From a virus (taxonomy: Duplodnaviria; Heunggongvirae; Uroviricota; Caudoviricetes): a stretch of 64,000 nt of DNA. A program made the translations under genes and the position numbers. The notes below the pieces were generated by a model. That model had not been told where the DNA came from, made no database searches, and saw only the letters and a list, made by a program, of their open reading frames with translations. Below are positions 1 to 9,324 of this stretch, piece after piece. Each line of letters opens with the position of its first letter. Positions within the stretch are counted from its first letter, which is position 1. The stretch lies in IMG/VR virus record IMGVR_UViG_3300045988_158256. One strand, 5' to 3'.

Positions 1-17
1 GTGTGCTCTTCCGATCT
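1..17. other. Illumina TruSeq adapter remnant at contig edge
   Basis: First 17 nt are GTGTGCTCTTCCGATCT, the 3' end of the TruSeq adapter/read primer; not biological sequence. Confidence 0.8.
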
Positions 18-20
18 AAG

Positions 21-386
21 ATGTTTTTTTATGTCTTAAAAAACATAATAGAAAGTAACAACACATACAATATCTACCTAGATATAAAAGATACTTTAGG
101 TATTGAAAAAATTGAGAAATTAAGAGGAGTTCTTCACAATGATCGCTATGATTACAATCATGAGTCGATAAACAGAATTCAACATATACGATCTCATGAA
201 GTGCAACAATTGCAGCTAACGGATCTTTTCATTGGTGCGTTAGGCTACGTTCATCGAGGAATGAATAGCAACGCGGGAAAAATCCAAGTCATAAACAGGA
301 TAAAATCACATACAAACAGGGAGTTACTAAAAAGCACTCTTCCAACAGAAAGTAAATTTAATATTTTCGTGTGGGAGGCTCGCTGA
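21..386 (+). CDS. hypothetical protein, AT-rich cassette gene 1 (may be 5'-truncated by contig edge)
   Basis: ORF track 3..386 begins inside the adapter, first genuine ATG at 21; low GC unlike the flanking phage backbone; Q-L-T-D-L-F-I-G-A-L segment is reminiscent of the DUF3800 C-terminal motif (tentative, from memory). Confidence 0.35.
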   Translation: MFFYVLKNIIESNNTYNIYLDIKDTLGIEKIEKLRGVLHNDRYDYNHESINRIQHIRSHEVQQLQLTDLFIGALGYVHRGMNSNAGKIQVINRIKSHTNRELLKSTLPTESKFNIFVWEAR

Positions 387-850
387 TGCTTCAAATGCCA
401 GATTTATTGTACTTCAATGGAAGTTGGCAAGAGTATATAGACGATGTATATGATGTTGTTAGAGAAGATATTTTAATCTCTAATATAACGTTTAAGGGTC
501 TCCCTGTTCGATTACGTTATTCACCGGAATATGATGGGAAAGAGTTCGGATTTTGGCATTTAGTATCAGAGGGAAAAATAGAAGAAGAACGAATACCTGA
601 TCTTGAACGGTGTAAGCGGATCCGCTGGATCGCGCATATGATAAGGAATTATGACCATTGCGATATATCATGTTGGTCTGAAAGACGAGGACCAACTGAA
701 GAGTGGGTAATCTGGAACGAGTGTGAAAACTACGTTGTTGTGCTATCCGCACGTAGAGACTATTGGCTTCTCAAAACAGCCTATGTTGTAACCTATGACA
801 GTAAAATCAGAACACTCAAACAAAGCAGAAAAAGAGCACTTGGGACATAA
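386..850 (+). CDS. hypothetical protein, AT-rich cassette gene 2
   Basis: ATG at 386 overlaps the upstream stop (TGATG) with GGGAGG Shine-Dalgarno 8 nt upstream, so translationally coupled to gene 1; no recognised domain. Confidence 0.4.
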   Translation: MLQMPDLLYFNGSWQEYIDDVYDVVREDILISNITFKGLPVRLRYSPEYDGKEFGFWHLVSEGKIEEERIPDLERCKRIRWIAHMIRNYDHCDISCWSERRGPTEEWVIWNECENYVVVLSARRDYWLLKTAYVVTYDSKIRTLKQSRKRALGT

Positions 851-858
851 AAAAGCTG

Positions 859-889
859 AACCCGACACATATTGCTATGTATCGGGTTC
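859..889 (+). terminator. hairpin downstream of cassette gene 2, possible terminator
   Basis: Inverted repeat aacccga(c)acat / atgtatcgggtt immediately after the stop codon; no strong T-run. Confidence 0.3.
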
Positions 890-1016
890 GATCGCTCTTT
901 CTACGCATGGTAGATGAGTAAGGTAAATCTAACCGATCTACTTTAGCTTTTCAATAGCTAGCTATAACTTTCCGCACATATTCTTCTGATAATTCCAGTA
1001 TGGCGGTTGGGTTTTC

Positions 1017-1313
1017 TTATGCTTTCCTGCGCAGAGGCGCACACTTATTCAGCAATAATAAATGTAATTCTTTGTTATCCCTAAGTATTTCGACACACCA
1101 ATATCGTAACGTGTTCACTTCAAGTGTAGCCAGCACCTTATGTCGAAGTCCTCCCTCCCCTGCACATAACGATGGCCGACATTCTGCTAAGGCACATAAC
1201 CATGTATTGGCATCATAGAGAATCCAATAATGCTCCTCTGAAATAGTTTTGCATCCAATTATTTCGAATCTTCGTTCTATCGTTTCAGGAGAGTATGAAA
1301 AATCAATTTCCAT
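1017..1313 (-). CDS. hypothetical protein
   Basis: 98-aa ORF lying beyond the minus-strand terminator of the virion operon; weak RBS; no recognised domain. Confidence 0.2.
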   Translation of the reverse strand: MEIDFSYSPETIERRFEIIGCKTISEEHYWILYDANTWLCALAECRPSLCAGEGGLRHKVLATLEVNTLRYWCVEILRDNKELHLLLLNKCAPLRRKA

Positions 1314-1352
1314 AATATGCTCAAAATTTCGCTATACCGGCATAATTTAAGC

Positions 1353-1375
1353 ACAAAAAAGCTCCCGTAGGAGCT
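1353..1375 (-). terminator. rho-independent terminator ending the minus-strand virion operon
   Basis: agctcc-cgta-ggagct hairpin followed on the minus strand by a T-run. Confidence 0.6.
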
Positions 1376-1396
1376 TTAAAATACAAGGGGTGACTC

Positions 1397-1906
1397 TTAA
1401 TCCCACTCAATCCAGTTGTAAACGATACGAAGTGACGGGCGCACAGCGGCAGTCACATCTTCGGTACTAAAGTCGATTGCATCACTGTAGATTTTGCAGT
1501 CCAACATTTCAATTGTTGTAGCAGCTTTTGTCACAGCGTTAACCCCGGAAGATTTGGATTCAGGGGTAGCAGCCATCGTGATATCAACATAGTCCTTCGC
1601 CGCAATGCGATCCTTGATGAACTGAAGAATATCGCCTTCGATAGTCTCCACGCACTGGACCTGGATTTCCCCAGAGTTTCGAATTGGTCCGTGCTGGTTG
1701 AACTTCACACCATTCGGACCATAGTCCTCCACATCCTCGCGTGTCATTTCAGGGATTTGCGACGTGCGAACCAGTACGCTGATATCTTCATGGCCTGCAA
1801 AAGTGAGCTGGAATTCAGAAGATACCAGTCGTTCGCCTTTGGCCGCGTTGGCAGTATAGCGGCCCTTAATAAATTTACGGTTTCCCTTAGTGTTATTGTG
1901 CCCCAT
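1397..1906 (-). CDS. virion protein, tail tube-like
   Basis: 169-aa ORF in the operon with sheath-like and head-like genes; size and position fit a tube protein; assignment by synteny only. Confidence 0.4.
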   Translation of the reverse strand: MGHNNTKGNRKFIKGRYTANAAKGERLVSSEFQLTFAGHEDISVLVRTSQIPEMTREDVEDYGPNGVKFNQHGPIRNSGEIQVQCVETIEGDILQFIKDRIAAKDYVDITMAATPESKSSGVNAVTKAATTIEMLDCKIYSDAIDFSTEDVTAAVRPSLRIVYNWIEWD

Positions 1907-1917
1907 ATAAAATCCTT

Positions 1918-2499
1918 TTACTGGAACGCCCGAACAATATCGGAGCTGTTATATATCGAAGAACCGGTCAACTGGAGGTTGACGGTGTTTTTCAGGAAAT
2001 ATCCATTACTGTCCCTTGGCGCATCGAGATCAAAACTTAAGTCCTGGATGGCGACATCGGTGATGTTGATCCGGCGACCAATGTTTAGCGTCACGCGCTC
2101 CGGGATTCGACCACCAACATTGGCCGCTTTTAGTTCCGGGCTAATCATGGCTGTCAACGCGGCGATAGCGCCTGAAACTTCAATGAATGGATTGTTCAAA
2201 GCAATGAAAGTTACAGGCAGCGTGAACGTCGGCGGAGTCCCCCCTTCCCAAACCATTAAGCTATTCCAACGGGCAACCGACGTTGTTTCAGTACCTACTT
2301 GCACAAAACCACCCAGAGCACCAGAAACAGATCCCATGGACATACCGGTAAACGGCGCTTCCCAATTCTGGGCCATGTTCATTGCCGCTCCCTGGCTGAT
2401 ATATCCGGTAACCTGGTACTGAGAGTTCGTTAAAGTAACTTTCAGAAATGGCGATACACCGTCAGCCTGGCTGTAAACCCCATAAGGTATAGGTGCCAT
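1918..2499 (-). CDS. virion-associated hypothetical protein
   Basis: 193-aa ORF tightly packed in the structural operon. Confidence 0.4.
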   Translation of the reverse strand: MAPIPYGVYSQADGVSPFLKVTLTNSQYQVTGYISQGAAMNMAQNWEAPFTGMSMGSVSGALGGFVQVGTETTSVARWNSLMVWEGGTPPTFTLPVTFIALNNPFIEVSGAIAALTAMISPELKAANVGGRIPERVTLNIGRRINITDVAIQDLSFDLDAPRDSNGYFLKNTVNLQLTGSSIYNSSDIVRAFQ

Positions 2500-2534
2500 T
2501 CAAGTTAAAGGCCGGAGTTCTCCGGCCTCCTCCT

Positions 2535-3350
2535 TTAGCCAAGGCGCTTACGGCGCAGTTTCATTGACTTTTTGCGGGCAAGTTTTGCCGCGCCGGTCTG
2601 GGCTTTTCGACGCGCTTTTTTCAGCGCCGATTTTTGAGCCGCAGTCAGACGTTTTTTACGCAGGCGTTTACGGATGAGTTTGATCTCACCGTTACGAACA
2701 ACCTTCTTAAATGCTTCAGTCAGCATTTCATCAGAAGTGCCAGCAACAACAAACGCCGCTTCCAGTTCGTCGCGGTCGTCGCTATCTAAACCAGCGATAG
2801 AGGCACCAACATCAGCAGCAGCGTCGTCGTCTTCATCGTCAGCCAGTGCTTCGATCAGGTCATCATCTACACCGCATGCTGCGAGGAAGTCAGCAACATT
2901 TGCCCATGCTTCGTTATAGGCATCGTCCTGTTCTTCTGTAACTTCGGAGTCGTCGTCATCAGAGATACCAGCGATAGCCTGAACGAAACCATCAAGGGAG
3001 TCGAAAGTCAGATCACCGCTATCAGCCCAGGAGAAAACGGCGTCGGCCGCATCACTCAACGCATTCTGCATAGCACTTCGATTTGCAGCTTCCAGAATCA
3101 TCTGGTGCGCCTGTTCGACGGTCCATTCTTTACCGTCTTTCCCTTCCAGGATTTGCTCTGGAGCCGGGGCAGATGGAACGTTATCGTTAGTCTGTGCCGC
3201 CGGTTCCGGATTATTATTAATAACCGGATCTGTTGGCGGTTCGGCGCTTGCTCGGGCAGACTCCATCAGCTGCACAGGATCAGAGTTCAAAGCGAAACGG
3301 GACAGTCCATTCCCCAAAAATGCCCCGGATTGAAAAAAGTTTTTGCTCAT
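2535..3350 (-). CDS. acidic virion-associated protein with basic C-terminal tail
   Basis: 271 aa, long D/E-rich core and K/R-rich C-terminus; same operon as sheath-like gene. Confidence 0.4.
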   Translation of the reverse strand: MSKNFFQSGAFLGNGLSRFALNSDPVQLMESARASAEPPTDPVINNNPEPAAQTNDNVPSAPAPEQILEGKDGKEWTVEQAHQMILEAANRSAMQNALSDAADAVFSWADSGDLTFDSLDGFVQAIAGISDDDDSEVTEEQDDAYNEAWANVADFLAACGVDDDLIEALADDEDDDAAADVGASIAGLDSDDRDELEAAFVVAGTSDEMLTEAFKKVVRNGEIKLIRKRLRKKRLTAAQKSALKKARRKAQTGAAKLARKKSMKLRRKRLG

Positions 3351-3359
3351 TGTATTCCC

Positions 3360-4949
3360 TTACTTAATAAGCAGCGGTACGCCCTGGATACGACGGGCTA
3401 CGCCAGTCGGGCAGCAGGCCCAGACTACTTCCCATTTATCGAATTCCGCCTGCGTAACTTTCAGCACATACGGTTCTGTACCGTCAGCATCGGGATCACG
3501 AGGAGCCACCAGAGCGCCGGAGGCGACAAAGCGATCTAAAAGTTTGGTCATCCCTTTAGTCAGGCCAGCCGCAGTAATACCGTCCGGGCTATGCTTCATC
3601 TGTCGGGCTAACTGGACAAAGAAACGACTGATTGCATTCATCAGGGATGGGACGTGCTGGAAGTGCAGATAGTTATCCTGCGTGCAGCAAGTTAAAGCAT
3701 CGTCGATGATCATCTGGCCAGAGGTGCCAACAGATACTTTATTGAGACGGCCCTTGACCATTGCTTCTTCGTCCGGGGTATCTTCCGGATACAGCGGTTG
3801 AATTGACGCACGAGCAATGACGGCACGTTCTTCACCAGCCGGTGAGTAATGCCAACCGCCAACATCAGAGTTTTTCTTGACGCCACGAGCTTTCGCCGCA
3901 TACGCCACGCCAGACAGACCAAAGACCACACGGGATTGGGTCCATTTGTCTTTGCAGGAGAACGGGTAGTGATAGACAGAACAGCTTACATAATCGGTAC
4001 CAAGTAAACCGGTATCTTCAACAGCAGAGATCGCTTCCGTGTACGTCAATGTCGGTTTGACATCAAAGAAGCCATCAATCAGGCGATCTGCACAGATTTT
4101 ACCTAATGCGGTGATAGCCGCATTGTCATAGCAGCCCAAGCCAAGAACAGCGGTGTACATGTACGGCGCATTATTCAGCACTTTAACCGCACGCAGGTAC
4201 GCAGCGGTTGAGATTTTCGACTGATCGCCGTTGGTACCGCCAGTGAACGCCAACGATTTTTTGTTTGTTACTTTCGCTGTCGAAATCAGCTCTTCATTAA
4301 CAACCGCGCGCAGATATTTAGAACGGGCTTCCAGAGCCGTAGGCAGATAACACAAGCGGCCCATGTCATCTTTCGCTTCTTCCGCCAAAGACACAGTGTG
4401 TGTCTCCAGGGTCGTTACCACGCCGAGCGAAGTCGTCTGGGTCAGTTTTAAGAGGAAGCGTTCATTACCCGCGCTGTCCGCTGTTGCCGTTTCGATGGTT
4501 AACTCACGGGTAGGTGAAATACACGGATCACCATCATCAACGTAGATAGCAAAGGCTTCGCCACTATCAAGTTCAATTTCAGAACCGTATGGCAACGCAC
4601 TGTAAGCCGGTTCGCCTGATTCATCGAACATAATAATCGGGAACTTCGCATCATCCGGAACAGCGCGAACAACATAACCAGACGTTTGCTGAATAGCTTC
4701 GTATACATGGCGAATTGGTTCGAACTGTGAGCCGGAAGACGGCTTCAGCGGTTCGCCGAGAACATCTTCGTAATTGGACTCAGTAACCGCAAGAACAGTA
4801 AACGGCTTGCCACGCGCAAATACGCCAATACCAGCCCACAAGCTGCTATTTAATGCAACACCGGTAGATAACGTCGCATCAGCATTGATCGGGCTAACCG
4901 CGACGCCGGATGCATTACCTAATGACTGTTGAATTGAATATTGAGACAT
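3360..4949 (-). CDS. tail sheath-like protein (position of P1 gene 22)
   Basis: 529-aa ORF; synteny with head-like gene and parS as recalled for P1; no motif verified. Confidence 0.45.
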   Translation of the reverse strand: MSQYSIQQSLGNASGVAVSPINADATLSTGVALNSSLWAGIGVFARGKPFTVLAVTESNYEDVLGEPLKPSSGSQFEPIRHVYEAIQQTSGYVVRAVPDDAKFPIIMFDESGEPAYSALPYGSEIELDSGEAFAIYVDDGDPCISPTRELTIETATADSAGNERFLLKLTQTTSLGVVTTLETHTVSLAEEAKDDMGRLCYLPTALEARSKYLRAVVNEELISTAKVTNKKSLAFTGGTNGDQSKISTAAYLRAVKVLNNAPYMYTAVLGLGCYDNAAITALGKICADRLIDGFFDVKPTLTYTEAISAVEDTGLLGTDYVSCSVYHYPFSCKDKWTQSRVVFGLSGVAYAAKARGVKKNSDVGGWHYSPAGEERAVIARASIQPLYPEDTPDEEAMVKGRLNKVSVGTSGQMIIDDALTCCTQDNYLHFQHVPSLMNAISRFFVQLARQMKHSPDGITAAGLTKGMTKLLDRFVASGALVAPRDPDADGTEPYVLKVTQAEFDKWEVVWACCPTGVARRIQGVPLLIK

Positions 4950-5009
4950 AACTTTCCCTGTTATGCGCCCCGCACGGGGGCGCTATGTTAAACGGAGAAC
5001 TTCCCCTGA

Positions 5010-6737
5010 TTACTCAGAGTCACCGGCATCAATCGTGTCGCCGCTAATGAAGTTAAGCCCGCCTTTTTTGGCCATTGTCAGCGTTACACGAGTGAAGTAA
5101 TCAGCGCCGTTGCGTGGGTGCATATCGTTGATAGCCGAACCCCACAGCGTGGTACGGTTGACCAGCGCCGGAGTGGTCGGATGCTGGAACGGGATGGCCG
5201 GGACAGCATCACCAGTCACGAAGCCTGCTTTACCCGGATTTTCATCACGGACGTAGCACAGCACATCCATCGAGCTGAACTGAATGTTCTCTGTCGTTAA
5301 GTTCTTACAAATACCAGCAGGTACTTCGTACACTTTCACGTTACCGAACAGGGTACCGATGTAGTGAACATACGGAGTCTGGATATAGTCTTCGGCTGGC
5401 TGGAAGAAATCCTTCGGCAACTGTTTGAAGAAAGATGCTGCATCAGCACCAGCAAACATCCCCATCGCACCAGAAGATTTAACGCGCTCAATAATGTCGC
5501 GATATACAGTCTGGAATTTGCCACGAATGATGGTTGCCCATACATCAAAGGACTGGTTAACCGGCAGAGCGATGTCAAAGGTGTCGGTCGCAAGAGTGCG
5601 CCAGATCATGATGCGAAGACGCAGCATATCCTGTTCATGAGACAGGTATTCCTTCAGGGTGCGGAACTGTAGGGAACCCAGGTCCAGACCAAATTCACGC
5701 TGTGCTTCATACGCCGCCTGTACCGTGTGCTCAGCCGCGATAACGAACTGGCTTGGGAACAGGGTGTATTTCTTCATTTCGTGGTTGATCAGCGGGATCA
5801 GCTCAGGAGCGGCTTCAATATTGATTTCCGTCTCAATTGCGATCTCAGTGCCTTTATCCGGCGCTTTGGAGAACGACAGGGCAATCTGACCAATGTTGTA
5901 GTTCAGAGAGCAGGTAACAGTGATTTGCTCACCAGCAGCATTAGTAAACGAGTGAAGTAGGCTGCCGGAACCGTTATCAACAACAGACTTAATACGGTTA
6001 ACGTAGATATTAGTGCGACCTTTTCGGATTGGTACATTCTGGCCTTCGAAGTCTTCCATCTTGAAGGTTGCGGTTTTGCTGGTGCCATCGGAGCTTGCCA
6101 CCAGCACATAGCGGCGGCGTAACTGGCTGTACACACCGACGGATTGCATGTCCAGAACATCACCAGCAGCATAAGAACCAAAAGAGGAACCTGCCACGTT
6201 AAAGACTTCATAGATGTCGGACTGGTCACGCGTAACCGGAATGAAGGTACACGCATCAGCGGTAGCTGCCCCCAACTGAACAGGCAGGATCATCGCGAGG
6301 AATAAAGGCAGACGCATAACACCGTCAGAAACGCTCATCATCTCTGCTGCGACGGATTCCAGCATCGCTTTATTAGTGGCATCCATGCTATTGCGGGTGG
6401 ACTCAATCAGGCAGTTTTCCAGCGTCTGGTGGCAGGAGGCCAGAATTTCCGGACGCGGCATAGATTTATGTGCTGCGGCGTAGTCAGCCAGTGCACTTGC
6501 CCACGCTGTAGCGATTTGAGCGGTGGCATTATCAGAGATACCCGCAAAAACCGGGTCTTTACGTGCAGCTTCAAGGATAGATGCGGCACGCGCGGCATCA
6601 TCTTTAATGAATTGGTTATCAGTACCGAACTGCGCAGTGCTTGCCCAGCCAAGCACAGCTTTAGAGCGTTTTGCGATATCTGCAATACGATTCTGGTATT
6701 CGCGTAAGTTACTCAATTTACTCTTCCTTAAACACAA
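5010..6737 (-). CDS. major head protein-like (position of P1 gene 23)
   Basis: 575-aa ORF immediately upstream of parS, as recalled for P1 gene 23. Confidence 0.4.
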   Translation of the reverse strand: MCLRKSKLSNLREYQNRIADIAKRSKAVLGWASTAQFGTDNQFIKDDAARAASILEAARKDPVFAGISDNATAQIATAWASALADYAAAHKSMPRPEILASCHQTLENCLIESTRNSMDATNKAMLESVAAEMMSVSDGVMRLPLFLAMILPVQLGAATADACTFIPVTRDQSDIYEVFNVAGSSFGSYAAGDVLDMQSVGVYSQLRRRYVLVASSDGTSKTATFKMEDFEGQNVPIRKGRTNIYVNRIKSVVDNGSGSLLHSFTNAAGEQITVTCSLNYNIGQIALSFSKAPDKGTEIAIETEINIEAAPELIPLINHEMKKYTLFPSQFVIAAEHTVQAAYEAQREFGLDLGSLQFRTLKEYLSHEQDMLRLRIMIWRTLATDTFDIALPVNQSFDVWATIIRGKFQTVYRDIIERVKSSGAMGMFAGADAASFFKQLPKDFFQPAEDYIQTPYVHYIGTLFGNVKVYEVPAGICKNLTTENIQFSSMDVLCYVRDENPGKAGFVTGDAVPAIPFQHPTTPALVNRTTLWGSAINDMHPRNGADYFTRVTLTMAKKGGLNFISGDTIDAGDSE

Positions 6738-6852
6738 GGCACTTGTGTGAATCCCTTTTCGGAAGAGATTTTATTGAAAGTCACTTGTTGACTTTCTCGT
6801 GACAAGCAATTTTTTTATTTTTTTCGGGAGTAGGGGAGGAAGGTAAAATCCA

Positions 6853-6940
6853 AGGTGAAATCGTGGCGATTTCACCTTGAAATTTTAGATAGATTTACTT
6901 TAAAAACAGTTGGTTAATAGTGAAATTTGAATGGCGAAAG
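6853..6940. promoter_or_regulatory. parS: parS partition centromere
   Basis: Heptamer ATTTCAC / GTGAAAT boxes with TGGCGA (TCGCCA) box B at 6855-6876 and 6920-6938 around an AT-rich IHF-like spacer, directly downstream of parB. Confidence 0.65.
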
Positions 6941-6941
6941 T

Positions 6942-7943
6942 TTAAGGCTTCGGCTTTTTATCGAGGCTCTTTCTAAGGATATGCCCAATCATCCTGTCGA
7001 GTTCTTCCTGTAGCTCTTTTGAAAGTCGATTAAACTCATAAGAAAATGCACGGCCTTTCACGCGCTTCCTTGCAAAGCGATCCTTGTCCTCAAATTTCCA
7101 TAATTCAGTAACTACGGACTTATCTTTAGAACCTTTATCCGTGAGTAGTGAGGCTTCCTTTGTTATCAAGCGCAGGATTTTATTTTTAACTTCATCTTCG
7201 GCCATTTCTTCAATGGATAAGATGTCGTTTATTTCCGGGGATATGTTTTGAATAAGCTGATCAAACTCTAAATTCTTGTTCCCCATTTCGTCGCCAACAG
7301 CACAAAGCGTTTTGTAGTCCGAAAAGGTTAATTCCGACTGAACAGGGAAAAGGGCGACTAATTCTTCCGGAGCACTCGCTGCCTGGAGAGCACGCGTGAC
7401 CTTCGCCTGAGACAGCCCTTCTTTGGCTGCAATATCCTTCTGACTCATCCCATCATTTTTCATTCGCATCAAACGCAGACCTATTTCTCGAATGCTGTGC
7501 TGCAATGCTGTCTGAACGTCTTTCGCTAAATTTTGCGCTTCCTGAACGCTGATCTCCTGGTCCGTGACTAAAACCCGCAACCCTACGTTCTCTAAGATGG
7601 CAGAAGCTCGACGCCGGGAACCATCCAAAATTTCAATTTTCCCTGTAGCCCGTCTAACACCTATTGCAGGGTAAAATTGCTGATGCTTAATAGTGCTTCG
7701 GATACTTTTTAATGATTTTGGCGTAAGAGATGCCTGGTCACGCCCGTTGTTATGCTGATCAACAAAGGTATCGCTTTCTACCTGGTTCGGAGGTATTACC
7801 TCTTCAATAAATGTGGCCTGGCGACCAGTTGATAACTTGAATACCTGCTCGACTCGATCGCCAGAGGCTGAAGAACTATCAAATCCGCTTAATATTGAAG
7901 GATTAAGGGTTCGCCCAATTGTTGGTCTGTTTTTCTTTGACAT
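6942..7943 (-). CDS. parB: partition protein ParB
   Basis: 333 aa, same length as P1 ParB; follows parA and precedes parS. Confidence 0.8.
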   Translation of the reverse strand: MSKKNRPTIGRTLNPSILSGFDSSSASGDRVEQVFKLSTGRQATFIEEVIPPNQVESDTFVDQHNNGRDQASLTPKSLKSIRSTIKHQQFYPAIGVRRATGKIEILDGSRRRASAILENVGLRVLVTDQEISVQEAQNLAKDVQTALQHSIREIGLRLMRMKNDGMSQKDIAAKEGLSQAKVTRALQAASAPEELVALFPVQSELTFSDYKTLCAVGDEMGNKNLEFDQLIQNISPEINDILSIEEMAEDEVKNKILRLITKEASLLTDKGSKDKSVVTELWKFEDKDRFARKRVKGRAFSYEFNRLSKELQEELDRMIGHILRKSLDKKPKP

Positions 7944-7959
7944 GGGGGGTTCTTACTCC

Positions 7960-9156
7960 TCAGTTAGATCTGATAAATTCAATACGGTCAAAAACTGCTT
8001 TAGCAAAATCTTCCGCGGCAATTCGCGCGTTCTTCAATGCATCAGCACTACCAACATACGTTGCCGGGTTAGCTGAAATAACAGTGTCAAAAGACTCGCC
8101 GCAACGTTCAAAACCGTCAAGGCGAGGGAGGACGACATCGAGCATATCCCCACCGAACACTTCTTTAGCCAGGCTATGGCAATACTTATGATCTGCCTTG
8201 TTACTCAACTTGGACATAAAACCAATGTTAGTCGCAAGCTGGCACTCGCAGCCTTCATCCGAAATGAGTTTTACCAACTCAGGAAGGCGGGCAACGTATT
8301 TAAGCGATGAGTGGAAATCGACAGTTGCTGGCGGCAGAGGTGTAAACAGTATATTGGCCGAGGCCAAAGCATTTTTCAGGAAGGCGTCAAGGTGAGGACC
8401 ACTATCAACGAGGATAAAGTCATAATCGCTCTTCAGCTTATCAATCACATTTTCTTTCAGGACAGCATGGATGTTCTGACCCGGTAGATGCTCATTGCAC
8501 AGCTCTCTCCAATCGGATGCAATAAAGGCATCGTCAATCGACGCAGGCATAACGTCAACCCCAGGTACAACAGAAGGAACAATAAACTCCTCTAACAGCT
8601 CTTCACGGCTTACATTCTGCAACATAGCCTGTGCAGATGTTGCGTTTACGATACCAATAGAGTGTTTATGGCTTAAAAACATCGTTGCTGAAGATTGCGG
8701 ATCAAGGTCAATAACCAGAATCCTTAAATCTTCCATCAGAAGATGAGGGTGGGCACGCATTGCATGCGCCAGAGAAACCGTCGATACAGTTTTTGACACA
8801 CCGCCTTTAAGATTGGAGATGAAAATCACATACGCTTCGCTGTAGCGATCCCGGTATTTTGGCACTCCGCGATGTTCATATATGTCAATGATGTTCTGAA
8901 TTGACATCGCATATTTCATTGAAGAGCCAGCAGGGCGTTTATCGAAAACATAACCCTTTTCTTCCATTTCACTTACGGCATAGTCAACGTTCGCTCGAGT
9001 CAGTAGAGGCAATTTTGCCAGTGCCGCTTTCGCATAGACCTGGTAAAACTCGTTCGCGTGTAGCTCATCCTTTTGCAACTGTACTTGTTCAGTCAGAACA
9101 TTGAGCATTCTGTTTGCTCTTTGAGCAACCTTGTGAAGCTGGCTGGAATCACTCAT
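7960..9156 (-). CDS. parA: partition ATPase ParA
   Basis: 398 aa; deviant Walker A KGGVSKT; position upstream of parB. Confidence 0.9.
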   Translation of the reverse strand: MSDSSQLHKVAQRANRMLNVLTEQVQLQKDELHANEFYQVYAKAALAKLPLLTRANVDYAVSEMEEKGYVFDKRPAGSSMKYAMSIQNIIDIYEHRGVPKYRDRYSEAYVIFISNLKGGVSKTVSTVSLAHAMRAHPHLLMEDLRILVIDLDPQSSATMFLSHKHSIGIVNATSAQAMLQNVSREELLEEFIVPSVVPGVDVMPASIDDAFIASDWRELCNEHLPGQNIHAVLKENVIDKLKSDYDFILVDSGPHLDAFLKNALASANILFTPLPPATVDFHSSLKYVARLPELVKLISDEGCECQLATNIGFMSKLSNKADHKYCHSLAKEVFGGDMLDVVLPRLDGFERCGESFDTVISANPATYVGSADALKNARIAAEDFAKAVFDRIEFIRSN

Positions 9157-9293
9157 CGAAAGTCATCCTTTATGCTGTATTTTTGAATTTAATTAAAAAT
9201 GCTGCATAAAATAATAATGTATGCGTAGATGCTTGTACATAGCATTCTCTGCATGTTTGGTTCATTTTGCACGATTGAGAGTTACAAGAAAGG

Positions 9294-9317
9294 CACAAAA
9301 AAGCCCCGTTCAGGGGC
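9294..9317 (-). terminator. rho-independent terminator of the T5orf172-like gene
   Basis: gcccc-gttca-ggggc hairpin followed on the minus strand by a T-run, just past the stop at 9325. Confidence 0.6.
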
Positions 9318-9324
9318 ATCAGTG

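Noticed and set aside
2674-2919. Ser/Ala-rich 81-aa ORF on the plus strand
   Set aside because: Antisense to the acidic virion protein gene; the low-complexity translation is a mirror of the D/E-rich coding strand.
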